A DNA stretch of 64,000 nucleotides from Roseibacillus sp. (GTDB lineage Bacteria; Verrucomicrobiota; Verrucomicrobiia; Verrucomicrobiales; Akkermansiaceae): NCBI GenBank assembly GCA_051251855.1, contig JBPOGI010000001.1:1216001-1280000 (forward strand), written 5' to 3'. This document shows, in pieces, positions 18,630-29,228 of this stretch. Each line of letters begins with the position of its first letter. Within the stretch, counting starts at the first letter, position 1. The position numbers and the translations under genes were made by a program. The notes under the pieces were generated by a model, which saw nothing but the letters and a program-made list of their open reading frames with translations, did not search any database and was not told the DNA's origin.

Positions 18630-19955
18630 CTAGGCTCCACCAAGGTTATTGATGGTCTGAAAAATGGCCGAAATCATAGCATAGGCCATCGTCCCGACCA
18701 AAGTCGCCATCAGCAGCAAGACTGCCGGCATCACCATCGCCATCACTTTTTGCAGCGCGGCATCGAGTTCTTTGTCAAAACGCTCAGCAGCACGCCTGAG
18801 CGCTTGGTCAATCTTACCTGTCTGCTCACCCACTGACACCATGTCGATCAACAAGGGCGGAAAAATCTCAGACCGAACCATCGTCGAAGATAGAGAACGA
18901 CCGTCACCCACCATCTCAATCATACCATCCATGCTCTCGCGCAGGTGAATATTCTGGGCCGCATCCCGCGTCAGCTCTAACGAACGCAGCAACGGCAAAC
19001 CGTTACCAACCAAGTTCGCCATCGTTTCCAAAAACTGAACATAGAAGCGCCCTCGAATCACGTTACCGTAGAGCGGAAGCTTCAGCTTAATCCGATCCCA
19101 AGCGGGCTTGTTCCGCTCAGCATCTTTCCACGCCTTAAAGAAAATCAACGCTGCCACCAAAATCAACAACATCACCAACCACCACTGGCGCAAGAAGTCA
19201 CTGCTCCCCACCATAATCCGAATTCCCAATGGCATCTCCGAACCCGGAGCACCTTTCAACAGCCCCGTTAACTGCGGAATGAGCTTGGTAACAAAAATCA
19301 CCGAAACACCGATGCCCGTCGCAATCAGGAATCCGGGATAAATCAACGCCAAGGTAATTCGTCCCCGAAGGTCTTGCAAAGTCTTCAAGTAATGAGCCTG
19401 CCGCTTCAAAATGGTATCCAGCGCTCCACTGGCCTCACCAGCTGCCGCCAAAGAACAATACAGAGGCCCAAAACTAGGACTCACCCTCTTGAGCGCATTC
19501 GAAAAACTTGTTCCATCACGCACCAAAGTCCGAATTCGGCGTGAAACCTCTTTAATATTACCGTCCTCTTCCCGATCTTCCATCGAACGCAAGGCAGGTT
19601 CCAACTGTAAACCCGCAGCAAGCATATCGCTCAATTCTTCCGTGAAGTAAACGACCTCCTTATACTTCATCTTCAGCGGCCCATCTGACTCCTCAGCCTC
19701 CGCCTTCTCCTTCGCGGAAGGCTTGGGAGAAGCTTTCACCAGCCCAGGAGCTTTCTTCTTTTCCTTTGGAGCTCGCTGTCGCGCCGTCTTGTCCTGCTTA
19801 GGAGCTTTTGCGACCACCTTCGCCTCAGCCACCTTCACCGGCTGCAAACCTTTCTTATCGAGTTGGCGCAGCGCTTCCCCACGATCCCCCGCTGTCAGCT
19901 CACCAGTGACAACCGCACCTCCTGCGCCCAATGCTTTGTAGTTAAAAACAGCCAT
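18630..19955 (-). CDS. Type II secretion / type IV pilus platform protein (GspF/PilC family)
   Basis: FNYKAL, AAGEASGALD, ALIYP, MVSVGEQTGKID, three TM segments. Confidence 0.92.
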   Translation of the reverse strand: MAVFNYKALGAGGAVVTGELTAGDRGEALRQLDKKGLQPVKVAEAKVVAKAPKQDKTARQRAPKEKKKAPGLVKASPKPSAKEKAEAEESDGPLKMKYKEVVYFTEELSDMLAAGLQLEPALRSMEDREEDGNIKEVSRRIRTLVRDGTSFSNALKRVSPSFGPLYCSLAAAGEASGALDTILKRQAHYLKTLQDLRGRITLALIYPGFLIATGIGVSVIFVTKLIPQLTGLLKGAPGSEMPLGIRIMVGSSDFLRQWWLVMLLILVAALIFFKAWKDAERNKPAWDRIKLKLPLYGNVIRGRFYVQFLETMANLVGNGLPLLRSLELTRDAAQNIHLRESMDGMIEMVGDGRSLSSTMVRSEIFPPLLIDMVSVGEQTGKIDQALRRAAERFDKELDAALQKVMAMVMPAVLLLMATLVGTMAYAMISAIFQTINNLGGA

Positions 19956-19975
19956 CTAGTTCACCTTTAAAAAAA

Positions 19976-21682
19976 TCACTTCCCACCCAAATCAACAGCA
20001 GTTGCAGAAACCACTTCTTCAACCGTAGTCATCCCCGTCATCACCTTATACCAACCGTAGTCGCGCATGGGCACATAGCCATCCTTCACTGCTTGCTCTT
20101 TCAGCACATTCCCGTTCGCTCCTTTAATTACCAATTCTTGCATCGGCTCGGTCAGTAGCGCGACCTCGTAAATAGCCAGACGACCCGAGAACCCTGTATT
20201 ACGGCATTTGTCACAACCTTCACCCGCCACATAGGCTTGCCCCTCCAAATTTGGAATCTGGAAGCGTCGCTTCTCCTCATCGGTAATATCAGAAGGAACC
20301 CGGCAGTGCTGACAGAGCTTCCTGACCAGTCGCTGCGCCAAAAAGGCTCTCACCGCCGCGCTCACGAGGAAAGGCTCCACCCCCATATCCACCAACCGGC
20401 TGATTCCACCCAAGGAGTCGTTCGTGTGCAGAGTGCTAAATACTAAGTGCCCAGTCAGCGAAGCCCGAATCGCAATCTCAGCCGTCTCCAAGTCACGGAT
20501 CTCACCAATCATCACAATGTTGGGGTCCGCTCGCAAAATAGAGCGCAGACCGCTCGCAAAGGTGAGCCCAATCTCAGATTTCACCGCAATCTGCATCACG
20601 CCATCCAGCTTATTCTCCACCGGATCCTCCACCGTAACAATACGAGTATCTGAGGTGTTCAGCTCACTGAGGAACGAATAAAGGCTCGTCGATTTACCGG
20701 AACCCGTCGGGCCGGTAATCAAAATAATCCCGTTCGAAAGGTCTAACAACTGACGAATCCGGTCCAAGACAAAGGATTCCATCCCTAGCTTCGCGACATT
20801 GAACTTCTCTTGGTTTAGGAGACGCAAACTAACGCTCTCACCTTCAACCGTAGGCACGGTCGCTACTCGAACGTCAATCGACTGACCTTCCAGCGAAAGG
20901 TTAATCCGTCCATCCTGCGGAAGCCGCTTCTCCGCGATGTCCAGCCGCGACATGATCTTCAAACGAGCAATCACCGAACTCTGCAAAGTCTTGATCTGAT
21001 CCGGCACTGCGACATCGATGAGCCGCCCATCAATACGGTAACGGATGCGGAGAGCACTGGACAAAGGCTCCACATGAATATCAGTCGCACCTTGGTCCAA
21101 AGCCTCGCGCAGAATCTGGTTCACAAACTTGACCACCGAAGCCTCAGTATCGTCATCATCAATGACATTGGCCTCATCCTGAACCTCGAGATTCTCCAGA
21201 TCCATATCGCGACCTTCCAAAATCTGCTCGAAGGTATCCGCACCCACACCATAAAGCCGACGCAAGCCATCATAGACGCGACGACGCGACGCCATTTTCC
21301 AGATAATAGGAATCTCAATCGCCTGCACCGCCGCCTGCTTCGCCAAAAGATTAAATGGGTCGTAAGTCGCCATCACGAGGCTCTCATCCCCTTCGTCTCC
21401 CACAACCTCCACCGGCAGCACCTGATGGCCCAACGCGACCCGAGGGCCACAGACATCCCGCAAATCGAGAGGAGACTCTGGCGCTGGAATCTCAGCCATC
21501 CATTCCATGCCCAGATTGGTCGCCAGGCGCTCCATGTAGGGCTCCTCATCCACCGCGCCGGTATCCAGCACGTCGTCAATCTGAGAGTGCTGACGTTGCT
21601 TCGCTGCGCCAAGGATTTCTTCGACCGCAGCCAAGTCTTCACATCCGATCTCGCGGGCCGGTTCCAAAAGGAGATTTGTCAT
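19976..21682 (-). CDS. Type II secretion / type IV pilus ATPase (GspE/PilB family)
   Basis: ATDIHVEP, LDIAEKRLPQDGR, GPTGSGKST, TVEDPVE, LRADPNIVMIGEIRD, TGHLVFSTLHTN, tetra-Cys motif. Confidence 0.95.
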   Translation of the reverse strand: MTNLLLEPAREIGCEDLAAVEEILGAAKQRQHSQIDDVLDTGAVDEEPYMERLATNLGMEWMAEIPAPESPLDLRDVCGPRVALGHQVLPVEVVGDEGDESLVMATYDPFNLLAKQAAVQAIEIPIIWKMASRRRVYDGLRRLYGVGADTFEQILEGRDMDLENLEVQDEANVIDDDDTEASVVKFVNQILREALDQGATDIHVEPLSSALRIRYRIDGRLIDVAVPDQIKTLQSSVIARLKIMSRLDIAEKRLPQDGRINLSLEGQSIDVRVATVPTVEGESVSLRLLNQEKFNVAKLGMESFVLDRIRQLLDLSNGIILITGPTGSGKSTSLYSFLSELNTSDTRIVTVEDPVENKLDGVMQIAVKSEIGLTFASGLRSILRADPNIVMIGEIRDLETAEIAIRASLTGHLVFSTLHTNDSLGGISRLVDMGVEPFLVSAAVRAFLAQRLVRKLCQHCRVPSDITDEEKRRFQIPNLEGQAYVAGEGCDKCRNTGFSGRLAIYEVALLTEPMQELVIKGANGNVLKEQAVKDGYVPMRDYGWYKVMTGMTTVEEVVSATAVDLGGK

Positions 21683-21789
21683 CGTAAGATTACATAACCA
21701 GAACGCCGCAAATGGGCCCAACTGTCACCCTTTTTTCAAGTTATGTTGAGTATTTGCAATCCTCGCCAACGAGGCAATCATCCTCAGCC

Positions 21790-22155
21790 ATGAACACACT
21801 GCCTCAAAAAGGAATGATCGCCGCCACCATTCTCATCGCCCTTGGCCTCTTGGGCTACTTCGCCGGCGGAATGGCTAGCCTCACCGCCCTGATCCCGACG
21901 TTTCTCGGGCTCCCGCTTCTCCTGTCATCGCGTTTCGCTAAAAACCCCAAGCGACGAAAACTCTGGATGCATCTCGCTGCTTTCTTGGCCCTACTTGGCT
22001 TCATTGCCCCTCTCGGCCGCATCATCCCCAAACTCGCCCAAGGCGAATTCGAGCTCAACATGGCCACGAGTTCCATGCTCCTCATGATCGTTACCTGCGG
22101 CATCTTTGTCTTCCTCTGCGTGCAATCCTTCCGCGCAGCTCGGAAAACGAAGTAG
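21790..22155 (+). CDS. Small four-TM membrane protein
   Basis: SLTALIP, WMHLAA and SFRAARK motifs with four hydrophobic helices. Confidence 0.7.
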   Translation: MNTLPQKGMIAATILIALGLLGYFAGGMASLTALIPTFLGLPLLLSSRFAKNPKRRKLWMHLAAFLALLGFIAPLGRIIPKLAQGEFELNMATSSMLLMIVTCGIFVFLCVQSFRAARKTK

Positions 22156-22183
22156 CAGCCACAATAGGCTCATTAGTGCGCAT

Positions 22184-22214
22184 AAAAAAGCAGCGAGAAA
22201 ACTCGCTGCTCTTT
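22184..22214. terminator. Bidirectional intrinsic terminator
   Basis: AAAAAAGCAGCGAG-AAAA-CTCGCTGCTCTTT between the convergent membrane-protein gene and the tRNA. Confidence 0.8.
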
Positions 22215-22280
22215 CCCCCGATGAAAATGTGTTGTTGCTGCAAAAGCCTAAGAAGAACTGAGGCTTTGAAAAACAGGTTA

Positions 22281-22356
<76 letters not shown>

Positions 22357-22432
22357 CTAAAATTACTTCTGCAAAGCGAGGCGCTTTTAGCTCAGGACCA
22401 ACGCTTTTTGCAAGCGAGGTCTTAAACTTGTT

Positions 22433-22657
22433 TTAGGCAGCGATATCGTAGTGCTTCGCGATTTCGCGAAAAATTCGGTCGCGGCGCTCGCGGGCTTTCT
22501 CAACTTCGCGGGTCTTCAGTGAGAAGCGAAGACGCTCGGCAGTGGCGTCGGGTTTGTGGACAGTAAGGTGACACCACCAGATTCCCCGATTGTTCCACAA
22601 GTGGTGGTTGGGGTTATCTTCATTTACTCTAACAGCTAGAACGGTTTTGCGTTTCAT
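22433..22657 (-). CDS. Small basic protein, possibly an Arm-type DNA-binding domain
   Basis: NPNHHLWNNRGIWWCHLTVH...RLRFSLKTREVEKARERRD, predicted beta-beta-beta-alpha pattern. Confidence 0.65.
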   Translation of the reverse strand: MKRKTVLAVRVNEDNPNHHLWNNRGIWWCHLTVHKPDATAERLRFSLKTREVEKARERRDRIFREIAKHYDIAA

Positions 22658-22746
22658 AAGGCAAGCCAAGTTCACGACTTAATGGTGTCATGGGACAACG
22701 TAAAATAGTCTTAAAATTTCAGATTGTTTTAAAAAGTTTTACAAGT

Positions 22747-24264
22747 CTAGGCCTGTTCGAGGGCTGTCTCAAGGGCTTTTAACAAGCCTTCCACATCTTC
22801 CATACCGCACGACAATCGAATCAAATGAGAAGGCACTCCACACCCCGCAGCCCAGTCCAATTCCCCATAGTGAGCCAAGAGTGTATAAGGACAGGCCAAT
22901 GAAAACTCAGTCCCCAAGCTGGGCCCCTTGTTCCACGCTAAAGCATCGTAAACTCGGTTCGCTTTTTTCTCGTTGCGGAGAGTAAAACTCACTAAGCCAC
23001 CGTATCCTCCCGTCTTCCGACGAACAGCATCATAGTTCTCACGATTCCGGTATTTCGGATACCAAATCTGTTCCACAGCCGAGTGTTCACTCAGCATCGC
23101 AGCGACGGCTTCTCCATTACGGTTCACCGTTTTCATACGGCGAGGGAAGCCCTCAGCATTCGTTTTAAGAATGCGAGAATCTGCCGCATAGATACGATTG
23201 TGAGTTGGGTTCGATTCCTCCAAAGACGCTAATAAATTTTCCCTAAAAGCAGAATCCGGATTCACCCGAATGGCTCCTCCAGTCACATCTCCCTTCCCTG
23301 AAATCCATTTGGTGAGACTTGTCGTCACCGCATCTACATAAGGAAACACTTCCACATTGTGATGAGAAGCAACGGTGTCATCTGCAATCACAGGAGTTCG
23401 ACCAGCTTTGGCAGCTTCGGATAAAGCCAGAAGGTTGACCGAGCTCAAAAGCGGATTACTTGGCAACTCGACGAATACGGCAGCAAACTCTCCCGTACGA
23501 ATTCTTGAGAGAGCCTCATCAAAGTGCTCCCCCGAGGCGTCAGGCAGAAAAACAACGCCAGATCCAAAATTCTCCTGCACCTTCAGAGCATCCACGTAAG
23601 GAAAATCAAGCTGCAGAGTCTTCTTCGCCGGAGAGAGTCCTGTGACCGCACGGTGAACCGAGAAAAAGGCAGCCATCCCTGACTCGTAAAGAAAGAGATT
23701 AGAACGAGAACAAACAAACTTTTTGGCCAGAAAGCGATGCAACCCCTCATCCAACCCCGGTTCTTTGTGCAACAGCGTATCCTCAGCCATGCGACTACTC
23801 ACCACCTCCCCACTAAAGCGCCAATAGAGCAACGCTCCCTGGTAGGCCTCCTCATTCACCGCAAGCGCCTGTAACCCCTCGAAACTCGCAATCCGAGACG
23901 CCGAGGAATACCTCTTCTCAACGAATCGTTGAGCACGCTGAGCAGACTCTTTGGTGGGAAAGACCATCACCCGCTCTCCTTTACGACCAATACTCGTCTC
24001 AGCCTCGTCGTTGAGAGCCTTCACGTGAGGGTTCAGAAAGAAGCGGGGGTAACCCGCACGTAGCTTCCGCAACACCTTGTCTCTCTCCTCCTCATACCCA
24101 ATTACACTGTCCCACGTCGGAAGGCAAACCGAGCAGGCATGTGGGGAATCTGGTAAGGGCAAGCCAAGGTCTCCACTTTCCCAAGCGGGCTCGGCGACTA
24201 AGTCTCTCAAGGACTCTATTTCGGAGTGATTTGACCGAAAGAACAAGTCTCTTTCGGTGCTCAT
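22747..24264 (-). CDS. PLP-dependent cystathionine gamma-synthase family enzyme
   Basis: HACSVCLPTW, GYPRFF, SGMAA, ELPSNPLL, DDTV, SLTKWISG, KGPSLGT, LIRLSCGME. Confidence 0.88.
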   Translation of the reverse strand: MSTERDLFFRSNHSEIESLRDLVAEPAWESGDLGLPLPDSPHACSVCLPTWDSVIGYEEERDKVLRKLRAGYPRFFLNPHVKALNDEAETSIGRKGERVMVFPTKESAQRAQRFVEKRYSSASRIASFEGLQALAVNEEAYQGALLYWRFSGEVVSSRMAEDTLLHKEPGLDEGLHRFLAKKFVCSRSNLFLYESGMAAFFSVHRAVTGLSPAKKTLQLDFPYVDALKVQENFGSGVVFLPDASGEHFDEALSRIRTGEFAAVFVELPSNPLLSSVNLLALSEAAKAGRTPVIADDTVASHHNVEVFPYVDAVTTSLTKWISGKGDVTGGAIRVNPDSAFRENLLASLEESNPTHNRIYAADSRILKTNAEGFPRRMKTVNRNGEAVAAMLSEHSAVEQIWYPKYRNRENYDAVRRKTGGYGGLVSFTLRNEKKANRVYDALAWNKGPSLGTEFSLACPYTLLAHYGELDWAAGCGVPSHLIRLSCGMEDVEGLLKALETALEQA

Positions 24265-24462
24265 TTCCGTCACCTTGAATTCTAGCCCTCACGAAAACGC
24301 TCCGCCCAACCTTATGACACGAATCTCTGCCCGTTCCGCGAGAAGAAGCGGCGACTTCAATCCCCCACCTTCACCAGCGCGCTCTCATCCCAAAGCCTCC
24401 TATTTTCCGTAAGTAGCTCACTCGTCAGAGTGGGACACCCTCAGAGAGCTGCCCCCAACACG

Positions 24463-24497
24463 AAAAAAAGCCTCAGGACAAATATCCCAAGACTTTT
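24463..24497 (-). terminator. Intrinsic terminator after rpsR
   Basis: Minus strand AAGTCTTGGGATA-TT-TGTCCTGAGGCTT-TTTTT, a G-U-containing stem followed by a U tract. Confidence 0.65.
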
Positions 24498-24522
24498 CTT
24501 AAAAGAGATTTTCAGCGAAAAC

Positions 24523-24765
24523 TTACGGAAGCAAGTTGACGTTACGCGCTCGCTTGATTTCGCGAGTGATACGGCGGTGCATCTTGGCAGAAACACCTGT
24601 CACTCGGCGAGGGAGAATCTTCCCAGTCTCGCTTGTGAACTTCGCAAGGACTTCAGGATTCAAGTAGCTGACCTTCTCAAGCGGCAAATCAATGCGCTTG
24701 CTAGTCATGCGGCGGTTCGCCTTACGGAACGCAATACGGCGTTCAACTGTTTTCGGTTCGGACAT
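24523..24765 (-). CDS. rpsR: 30S ribosomal protein bS18
   Basis: SYLNPEVLAKFTSETGKILPRRVTGVSAKMHRRITREIKRARNVNLLP. Confidence 0.95.
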   Translation of the reverse strand: MSEPKTVERRIAFRKANRRMTSKRIDLPLEKVSYLNPEVLAKFTSETGKILPRRVTGVSAKMHRRITREIKRARNVNLLP

Positions 24766-24793
24766 TAGCATAATAAATAGTTTCTAGTAAATG

Positions 24794-24967
24794 TTAGCGC
24801 ATTTCACGGTGCAAAGTCCGGCGCTTAAGGAATGGATTATACTTCATCTTCTCAAGACGACCAGGAGTACGCAGGCTCTTCTTGTTGCGGGTGGAGTTAT
24901 AACGGGAGGTTGGTCTGCCCTCAGCTTTCGCTTCGGTGCACTCAAGAATGATGATATCGCGTGGCAT
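24794..24967 (-). CDS. rpmG: 50S ribosomal protein bL33
   Basis: Below the ORF-track cutoff. Manual translation gives [57 protein letters not shown]; lies directly upstream of rpsR. Confidence 0.93.
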   Translation of the reverse strand: MPRDIIILECTEAKAEGRPTSRYNSTRNKKSLRTPGRLEKMKYNPFLKRRTLHREMR

Positions 24968-25000
24968 GGTTCTAATTCGGAAAAGGGGCGGGAGACTAGC

Positions 25001-25645
25001 TCAATCGTCGGACGCGTCAAGAGAAACTGACTTACTACTTTCAGCAAAGGCTCCAAAACCATAATCACCGGGATGAACCCCTCGTGTTCTTTGGTCAGCC
25101 TCCCACTTAGTTTGGTTTCCGATGGTCAGTCTGGCGAAGGGTAAAACTTCCAATCTCTCCTGAGGAATTTTTTCTCCATCCATCTCGTCGAGACCATAAG
25201 AGCCCTCAAGAATTCTTTCCAAAGCCGCCTCTACTTCTTGAAGAGCGTCCTTCTCTTTCGCGAGCATGCTCAAGGCCAAGTCGCGGTCATACGAATCGCT
25301 TCCCGCATCCCCCTGGTGCTGACCATTACCTGCGTCAGACCCTTCCGATGCCGCTTTGATCGCCTCACTTTGAACTCCGTGCAGGGCTTCCATCAAATCA
25401 TCACGCAGATCCAAGAGCTTCTGCTGCTGCTTCTTGATAAACGCCGTCATTTTCACCGGAGCCACTTTTTTCACTGGAGCCGCCTTCTTGGCGACAATTT
25501 CTGACTCATCCTTGACTGCTGGGGCTGCTTTTTTCGCTGCCTTTTTGGCTGGCGCCTTCTTTGCCGCGGGGGCTTTCTTGGCAGCTGTCTTCTTAGTGGC
25601 AGCTTTTTTTGCGGTCGTTTTCTTGGTCGTTTTCTTAGCAGGCAT
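25001..25645 (-). CDS. TraR/DksA family transcription factor with Lys/Ala-rich N-terminal tail
   Basis: Coiled coil with HQGDAGSD tip, EVEAALERILEGSYG...GEKIPQERLEVLPFARLT; start MPAKKTTKK at 25645. Confidence 0.88.
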   Translation of the reverse strand: MPAKKTTKKTTAKKAATKKTAAKKAPAAKKAPAKKAAKKAAPAVKDESEIVAKKAAPVKKVAPVKMTAFIKKQQQKLLDLRDDLMEALHGVQSEAIKAASEGSDAGNGQHQGDAGSDSYDRDLALSMLAKEKDALQEVEAALERILEGSYGLDEMDGEKIPQERLEVLPFARLTIGNQTKWEADQRTRGVHPGDYGFGAFAESSKSVSLDASDD

Positions 25646-25821
25646 AATAAAATTCAGGGGACAGGAGCGTCTCAAACGGCTCTCTAAAAGAGAAAATGAG
25701 GGGCGTGAATTACGCAGGACACCGAGACACCGCAAGCGGAAAGTTGAGCCGTGACATTCCACGCCAGAGAGCAAGCTTGCACTTGATCCTCTCTTTCGAC
25801 CACTTTACCCCCATCAACATC

Positions 25822-26661
25822 ATGGAATTGACCGCAATTATTGAGGCCCTCATGGTCGCTTCGGACGACCCACTTCCCTCAGCTGAGCTCGCTCGACTCA
25901 TTCGTGCGCGTATCGCGGAGATGGAAGACGAGCTTTTGGCTCAATCCGAAGAAGAGGGAGATGATTATGCAGAGAAATCCGATGCTTCTGAGGTGGCAGC
26001 CCCAAACCTGAGCGACGACTTAAAACAACTTGCTGAGGTCACTGACCTTGAAGTCATTGAGGCTATTGGACAATTAAATGAGAGCTACGAAGAAAGCGGT
26101 CGCTCGTTTCGCGCCCTAGAGCGAGCCAAAGGCTGGAAAATTTACACTTCTCCCGATTACGGAGACTTCGTCAAACACCTCTTCCCAGGCAGGAAACCCA
26201 AGCGTCTCTCGGGCCCTGCGATGGAGACGCTAGCGGTTGTCGCTTACCGTCAACCAGTCACCAAAGCGGCCATCGATGCCGTTCGGGGGGTTTCTTCTGA
26301 TGGAATGCTTCAAAAGCTCCTCGACCTCGAACTTGTCAAAATCGGCGGTCGCGCCGATTTGCCCGGGCGTCCTCTCCTCTACGAAACCACCGATTATTTT
26401 TTCGAGCACTTTGGGATCAAATCTCCCGAAGAACTTCCCAACGCCCTCGAACTCAGGACTATGGAGCTTCCCGAACCCGAAGAGGAGGTCGAAGAAGAAC
26501 CCGCCGAAGAAAAACAAGCAACCCTTGCTGAGGCTGATTCTTCTGCAAACGAGGAAGCTCCCGAAGTTGCTGAAGAGGAAGTGGAAGACTTTGCCCAGCC
26601 GGAAGACGTCGCAGACGAACCAGAAGGCAACTCCAACCCGACCCCAGCAACGACCGAATAG
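25822..26661 (+). CDS. scpB: SMC-Scp complex subunit ScpB
   Basis: IIEALM, LSGPAMETLAVVAYRQPVT, RGV, GRPLLYETT...FFEHFGI; acidic tail. Confidence 0.93.
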   Translation: MELTAIIEALMVASDDPLPSAELARLIRARIAEMEDELLAQSEEEGDDYAEKSDASEVAAPNLSDDLKQLAEVTDLEVIEAIGQLNESYEESGRSFRALERAKGWKIYTSPDYGDFVKHLFPGRKPKRLSGPAMETLAVVAYRQPVTKAAIDAVRGVSSDGMLQKLLDLELVKIGGRADLPGRPLLYETTDYFFEHFGIKSPEELPNALELRTMELPEPEEEVEEEPAEEKQATLAEADSSANEEAPEVAEEEVEDFAQPEDVADEPEGNSNPTPATTE

Positions 26662-26713
26662 CTTTCCCTATATTTATTGTCCCTTCTTTAACTTTCGCTA
26701 ACACTTCTCTACT

Positions 26714-27784
26714 GTGACCCTCGACGAAATCCGCGTTCAGATTGACGCTATTGACTCCGAACTTCTCGGACTTCTTTCCCAACGTGCCGACTTGGTCCAC
26801 GAAGTGGGAGTGGTCAAAAAACGAGACGGCCTTCAAATCTACGCTCCAGAGCGCGAAGACGCTCTCCTTCGTAAGCTGGTCACGATGAATCAAGGGCGCC
26901 TCCCCGAGCGCTCCATTCGCGCCATTTATCGCGAAATCATGTCCGCGGCCCTCGCCTTGGAAGATGACATGAAAATCGCCTACCTTGGCCCTGAAGGCAC
27001 TTGGACTCATCAAGCAGCCATCAAAAAGTTCGGTCATTCCGTCGAATATCTTCCCCAGCCCAGCTTTGCCGAGGTTTTCGATCAAGTCGCCCGCCGCAAA
27101 GCTTCTTATGGCGTGGTCCCCATCGAAAACTCCACCGAGGGAGCCGTTTCCCACACCCTCGATCTCTTCGTTGACTCGCCCTTGCGTATCTGTGCCCAGA
27201 TTCTTCTTCGCATTGAGAATAACCTCCTATCCTCAATCCCCCGCGACCAAATCAAGACTCTCTACTCTCATCCTCAAGTCTTTGGGCAGTGTAAAAACTG
27301 GATCTTACGCCACTTTCCCAACGCCGACCTCGTCGAAGTCTCGTCCACCACCCGCGCTGCTCAAATTGCCTCCGATCGCGCTACCGAAGGGGCTGCGGCT
27401 CTTGGGGGAACCCTTGCAGCAGAACTCAATGGACTTGAGGTGCTGGAATCCTCCATCCAAGATCGTGCTACTAATACCACCCGTTTCCTGGTTGTCTCGG
27501 AGAAAACCTGCCCACCCACCGGTAACGATCGCACTTCAATTCTCTTCGCAGTCCGCGACCAACCCGGTTCACTCGTAGAAGCCCTACGGGCCTTTAACTC
27601 CTTCGAGATTAACATGTCGAAGATTGAATCACGTCCATCCAAGCAAAAGGATTGGGAGTATATCTTCTACGTCGACCTCGCAGGCCACTGCGAAGACCCC
27701 AAGCTCGCAGATGCCCTGCGCGAGCTAGAAAAACACTGCTCCCTCGTCAAACTCTTGGGCTCCTATCCCGATACCGAGGAATAA
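26714..27784 (+). CDS. pheA: Chorismate mutase / prephenate dehydratase (P-protein)
   Basis: LDEIRVQIDAID, AYLGPEGTWT, VVPIENSTEG, SHPQ, NTTRFLV, INMSKIESRP. Confidence 0.96.
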   Translation: MTLDEIRVQIDAIDSELLGLLSQRADLVHEVGVVKKRDGLQIYAPEREDALLRKLVTMNQGRLPERSIRAIYREIMSAALALEDDMKIAYLGPEGTWTHQAAIKKFGHSVEYLPQPSFAEVFDQVARRKASYGVVPIENSTEGAVSHTLDLFVDSPLRICAQILLRIENNLLSSIPRDQIKTLYSHPQVFGQCKNWILRHFPNADLVEVSSTTRAAQIASDRATEGAAALGGTLAAELNGLEVLESSIQDRATNTTRFLVVSEKTCPPTGNDRTSILFAVRDQPGSLVEALRAFNSFEINMSKIESRPSKQKDWEYIFYVDLAGHCEDPKLADALRELEKHCSLVKLLGSYPDTEE

Positions 27785-27935
27785 ACAGCCTCTCTGGCTC
27801 CTTAAATTTTCAGTGGTGAAATCACGCATCTCGACGACTTTCAGTCAGCAGAAAAGCTTACAGGCTCCGATATTTACAAAGGCCCACCTTTCACGTATTG
27901 TAGACACCTACCCCTTTACCCTCTAACAAATTTTC

Positions 27936-29201
27936 ATGGCACGCGCATCCAATCTCACCATGTGTTCCTTCTGTGGCAAAAGTCACTCCGAAGTCAAAAA
28001 GCTCATCGCCGGTCCCGGCGTCTACATTTGTAACGAGTGTATTGAAGTTTGCTCCACCATTCTCGACAAAGAGCTCGCTGGCGAAAGCCGTGAACACGTT
28101 CCCGTCCAGCACGACAGAGATATTCCCAGCCCCAGCACCCTAATGCAAAAGCTCGATGATTTTGTTATCGGGCAGGACCACGCGAAGAAAGTTCTCTCCG
28201 TCGCCGTTCATAACCACTACATGCGCCTCTTTAGCGATGACCATGACCTCCCCGCCGAGTTCGCTGACGTCGAGGTCGAAAAGTCCAACATCCTCCTTCT
28301 GGGGCCCACAGGCTCAGGAAAAACTCTTCTCGCCCGAACCCTAGCACGCCTTCTGGACGTTCCCTTTTGCATCGTCGATTCCACCAACCTCACCGAAGCT
28401 GGCTACGTAGGGGAAGACGTTGAGAACATTATTCTCCGCCTTTTACAGGCTGCCGATTTTGACGTCGAGAAAGCCGAGCAAGGGATTATCTACATCGATG
28501 AGATCGACAAAATCGGTCGCAAGACCGAGAACGTCTCCATCACCCGTGATGTTTCAGGTGAAGGCGTACAACAAGCCCTCCTAAAAATCCTCGAAGGTTC
28601 AGTTTGCAACGTCCCCCCCCAAGGTGGACGCAAGCACCCCCAACAGGAATACATCCAGGTCAATACCGAGAAAATCCTCTTCGTCTGTGGCGGCGCCTTT
28701 GTAGGCATGGAAGATATCGTCAAGCGCCGTCTTGGCAGCAACTTCCTAGGTTTCCGCCCCGATCAGGAAGAAAAAAACGAAGAGGTAGACCAAAAGAACA
28801 TTCTCGAGAAGGTGCAGCCCGAAGACCTACTCCACTTTGGCTTAATCCCCGAGTTTATTGGCCGCCTCCCCGTCCACACCTCACTCAACAAACTTTCTCG
28901 CGAGCACCTCGTCCGTATTCTCACCGAGCCAAAGAACGCTCTCGTAAAGCAATATTCCAAGCAACTGGCTCTTCATGGCGTCAAGCTTAAGATTACCCCT
29001 GACGCCCTCGAAGCCTTTGCTGACGAGGCTGTTACTCGAGGAACGGGAGCTCGTGCTTTGCGTAGTATCTTTGAGCGCATCATGCTCGACGTCATGTTCG
29101 AAGTCCCCTCTCGCGATGATGTCGAGTCCGTCACCATTTCGCGCGAAGTGGTTGAAGGCACAAAGGAGCCTGTTCTTCGTAAAAAAAGAAGAGCAGCCTA
29201 G
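27936..29201 (+). CDS. clpX: ATP-dependent Clp protease ATP-binding subunit
   Basis: CSFCGK...CNEC zinc-binding domain, [38 protein letters not shown] loop. Confidence 0.98.
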   Translation: MARASNLTMCSFCGKSHSEVKKLIAGPGVYICNECIEVCSTILDKELAGESREHVPVQHDRDIPSPSTLMQKLDDFVIGQDHAKKVLSVAVHNHYMRLFSDDHDLPAEFADVEVEKSNILLLGPTGSGKTLLARTLARLLDVPFCIVDSTNLTEAGYVGEDVENIILRLLQAADFDVEKAEQGIIYIDEIDKIGRKTENVSITRDVSGEGVQQALLKILEGSVCNVPPQGGRKHPQQEYIQVNTEKILFVCGGAFVGMEDIVKRRLGSNFLGFRPDQEEKNEEVDQKNILEKVQPEDLLHFGLIPEFIGRLPVHTSLNKLSREHLVRILTEPKNALVKQYSKQLALHGVKLKITPDALEAFADEAVTRGTGARALRSIFERIMLDVMFEVPSRDDVESVTISREVVEGTKEPVLRKKRRAA

Positions 29202-29228
29202 GGCCACAACGCTCTTTTTATGCACTTC

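Noticed and set aside
24791..25068. ORFs 24791-25030 (+) and 24844-25068 (-)
   Set aside because: They overlap the real 57-aa rpmG in other frames
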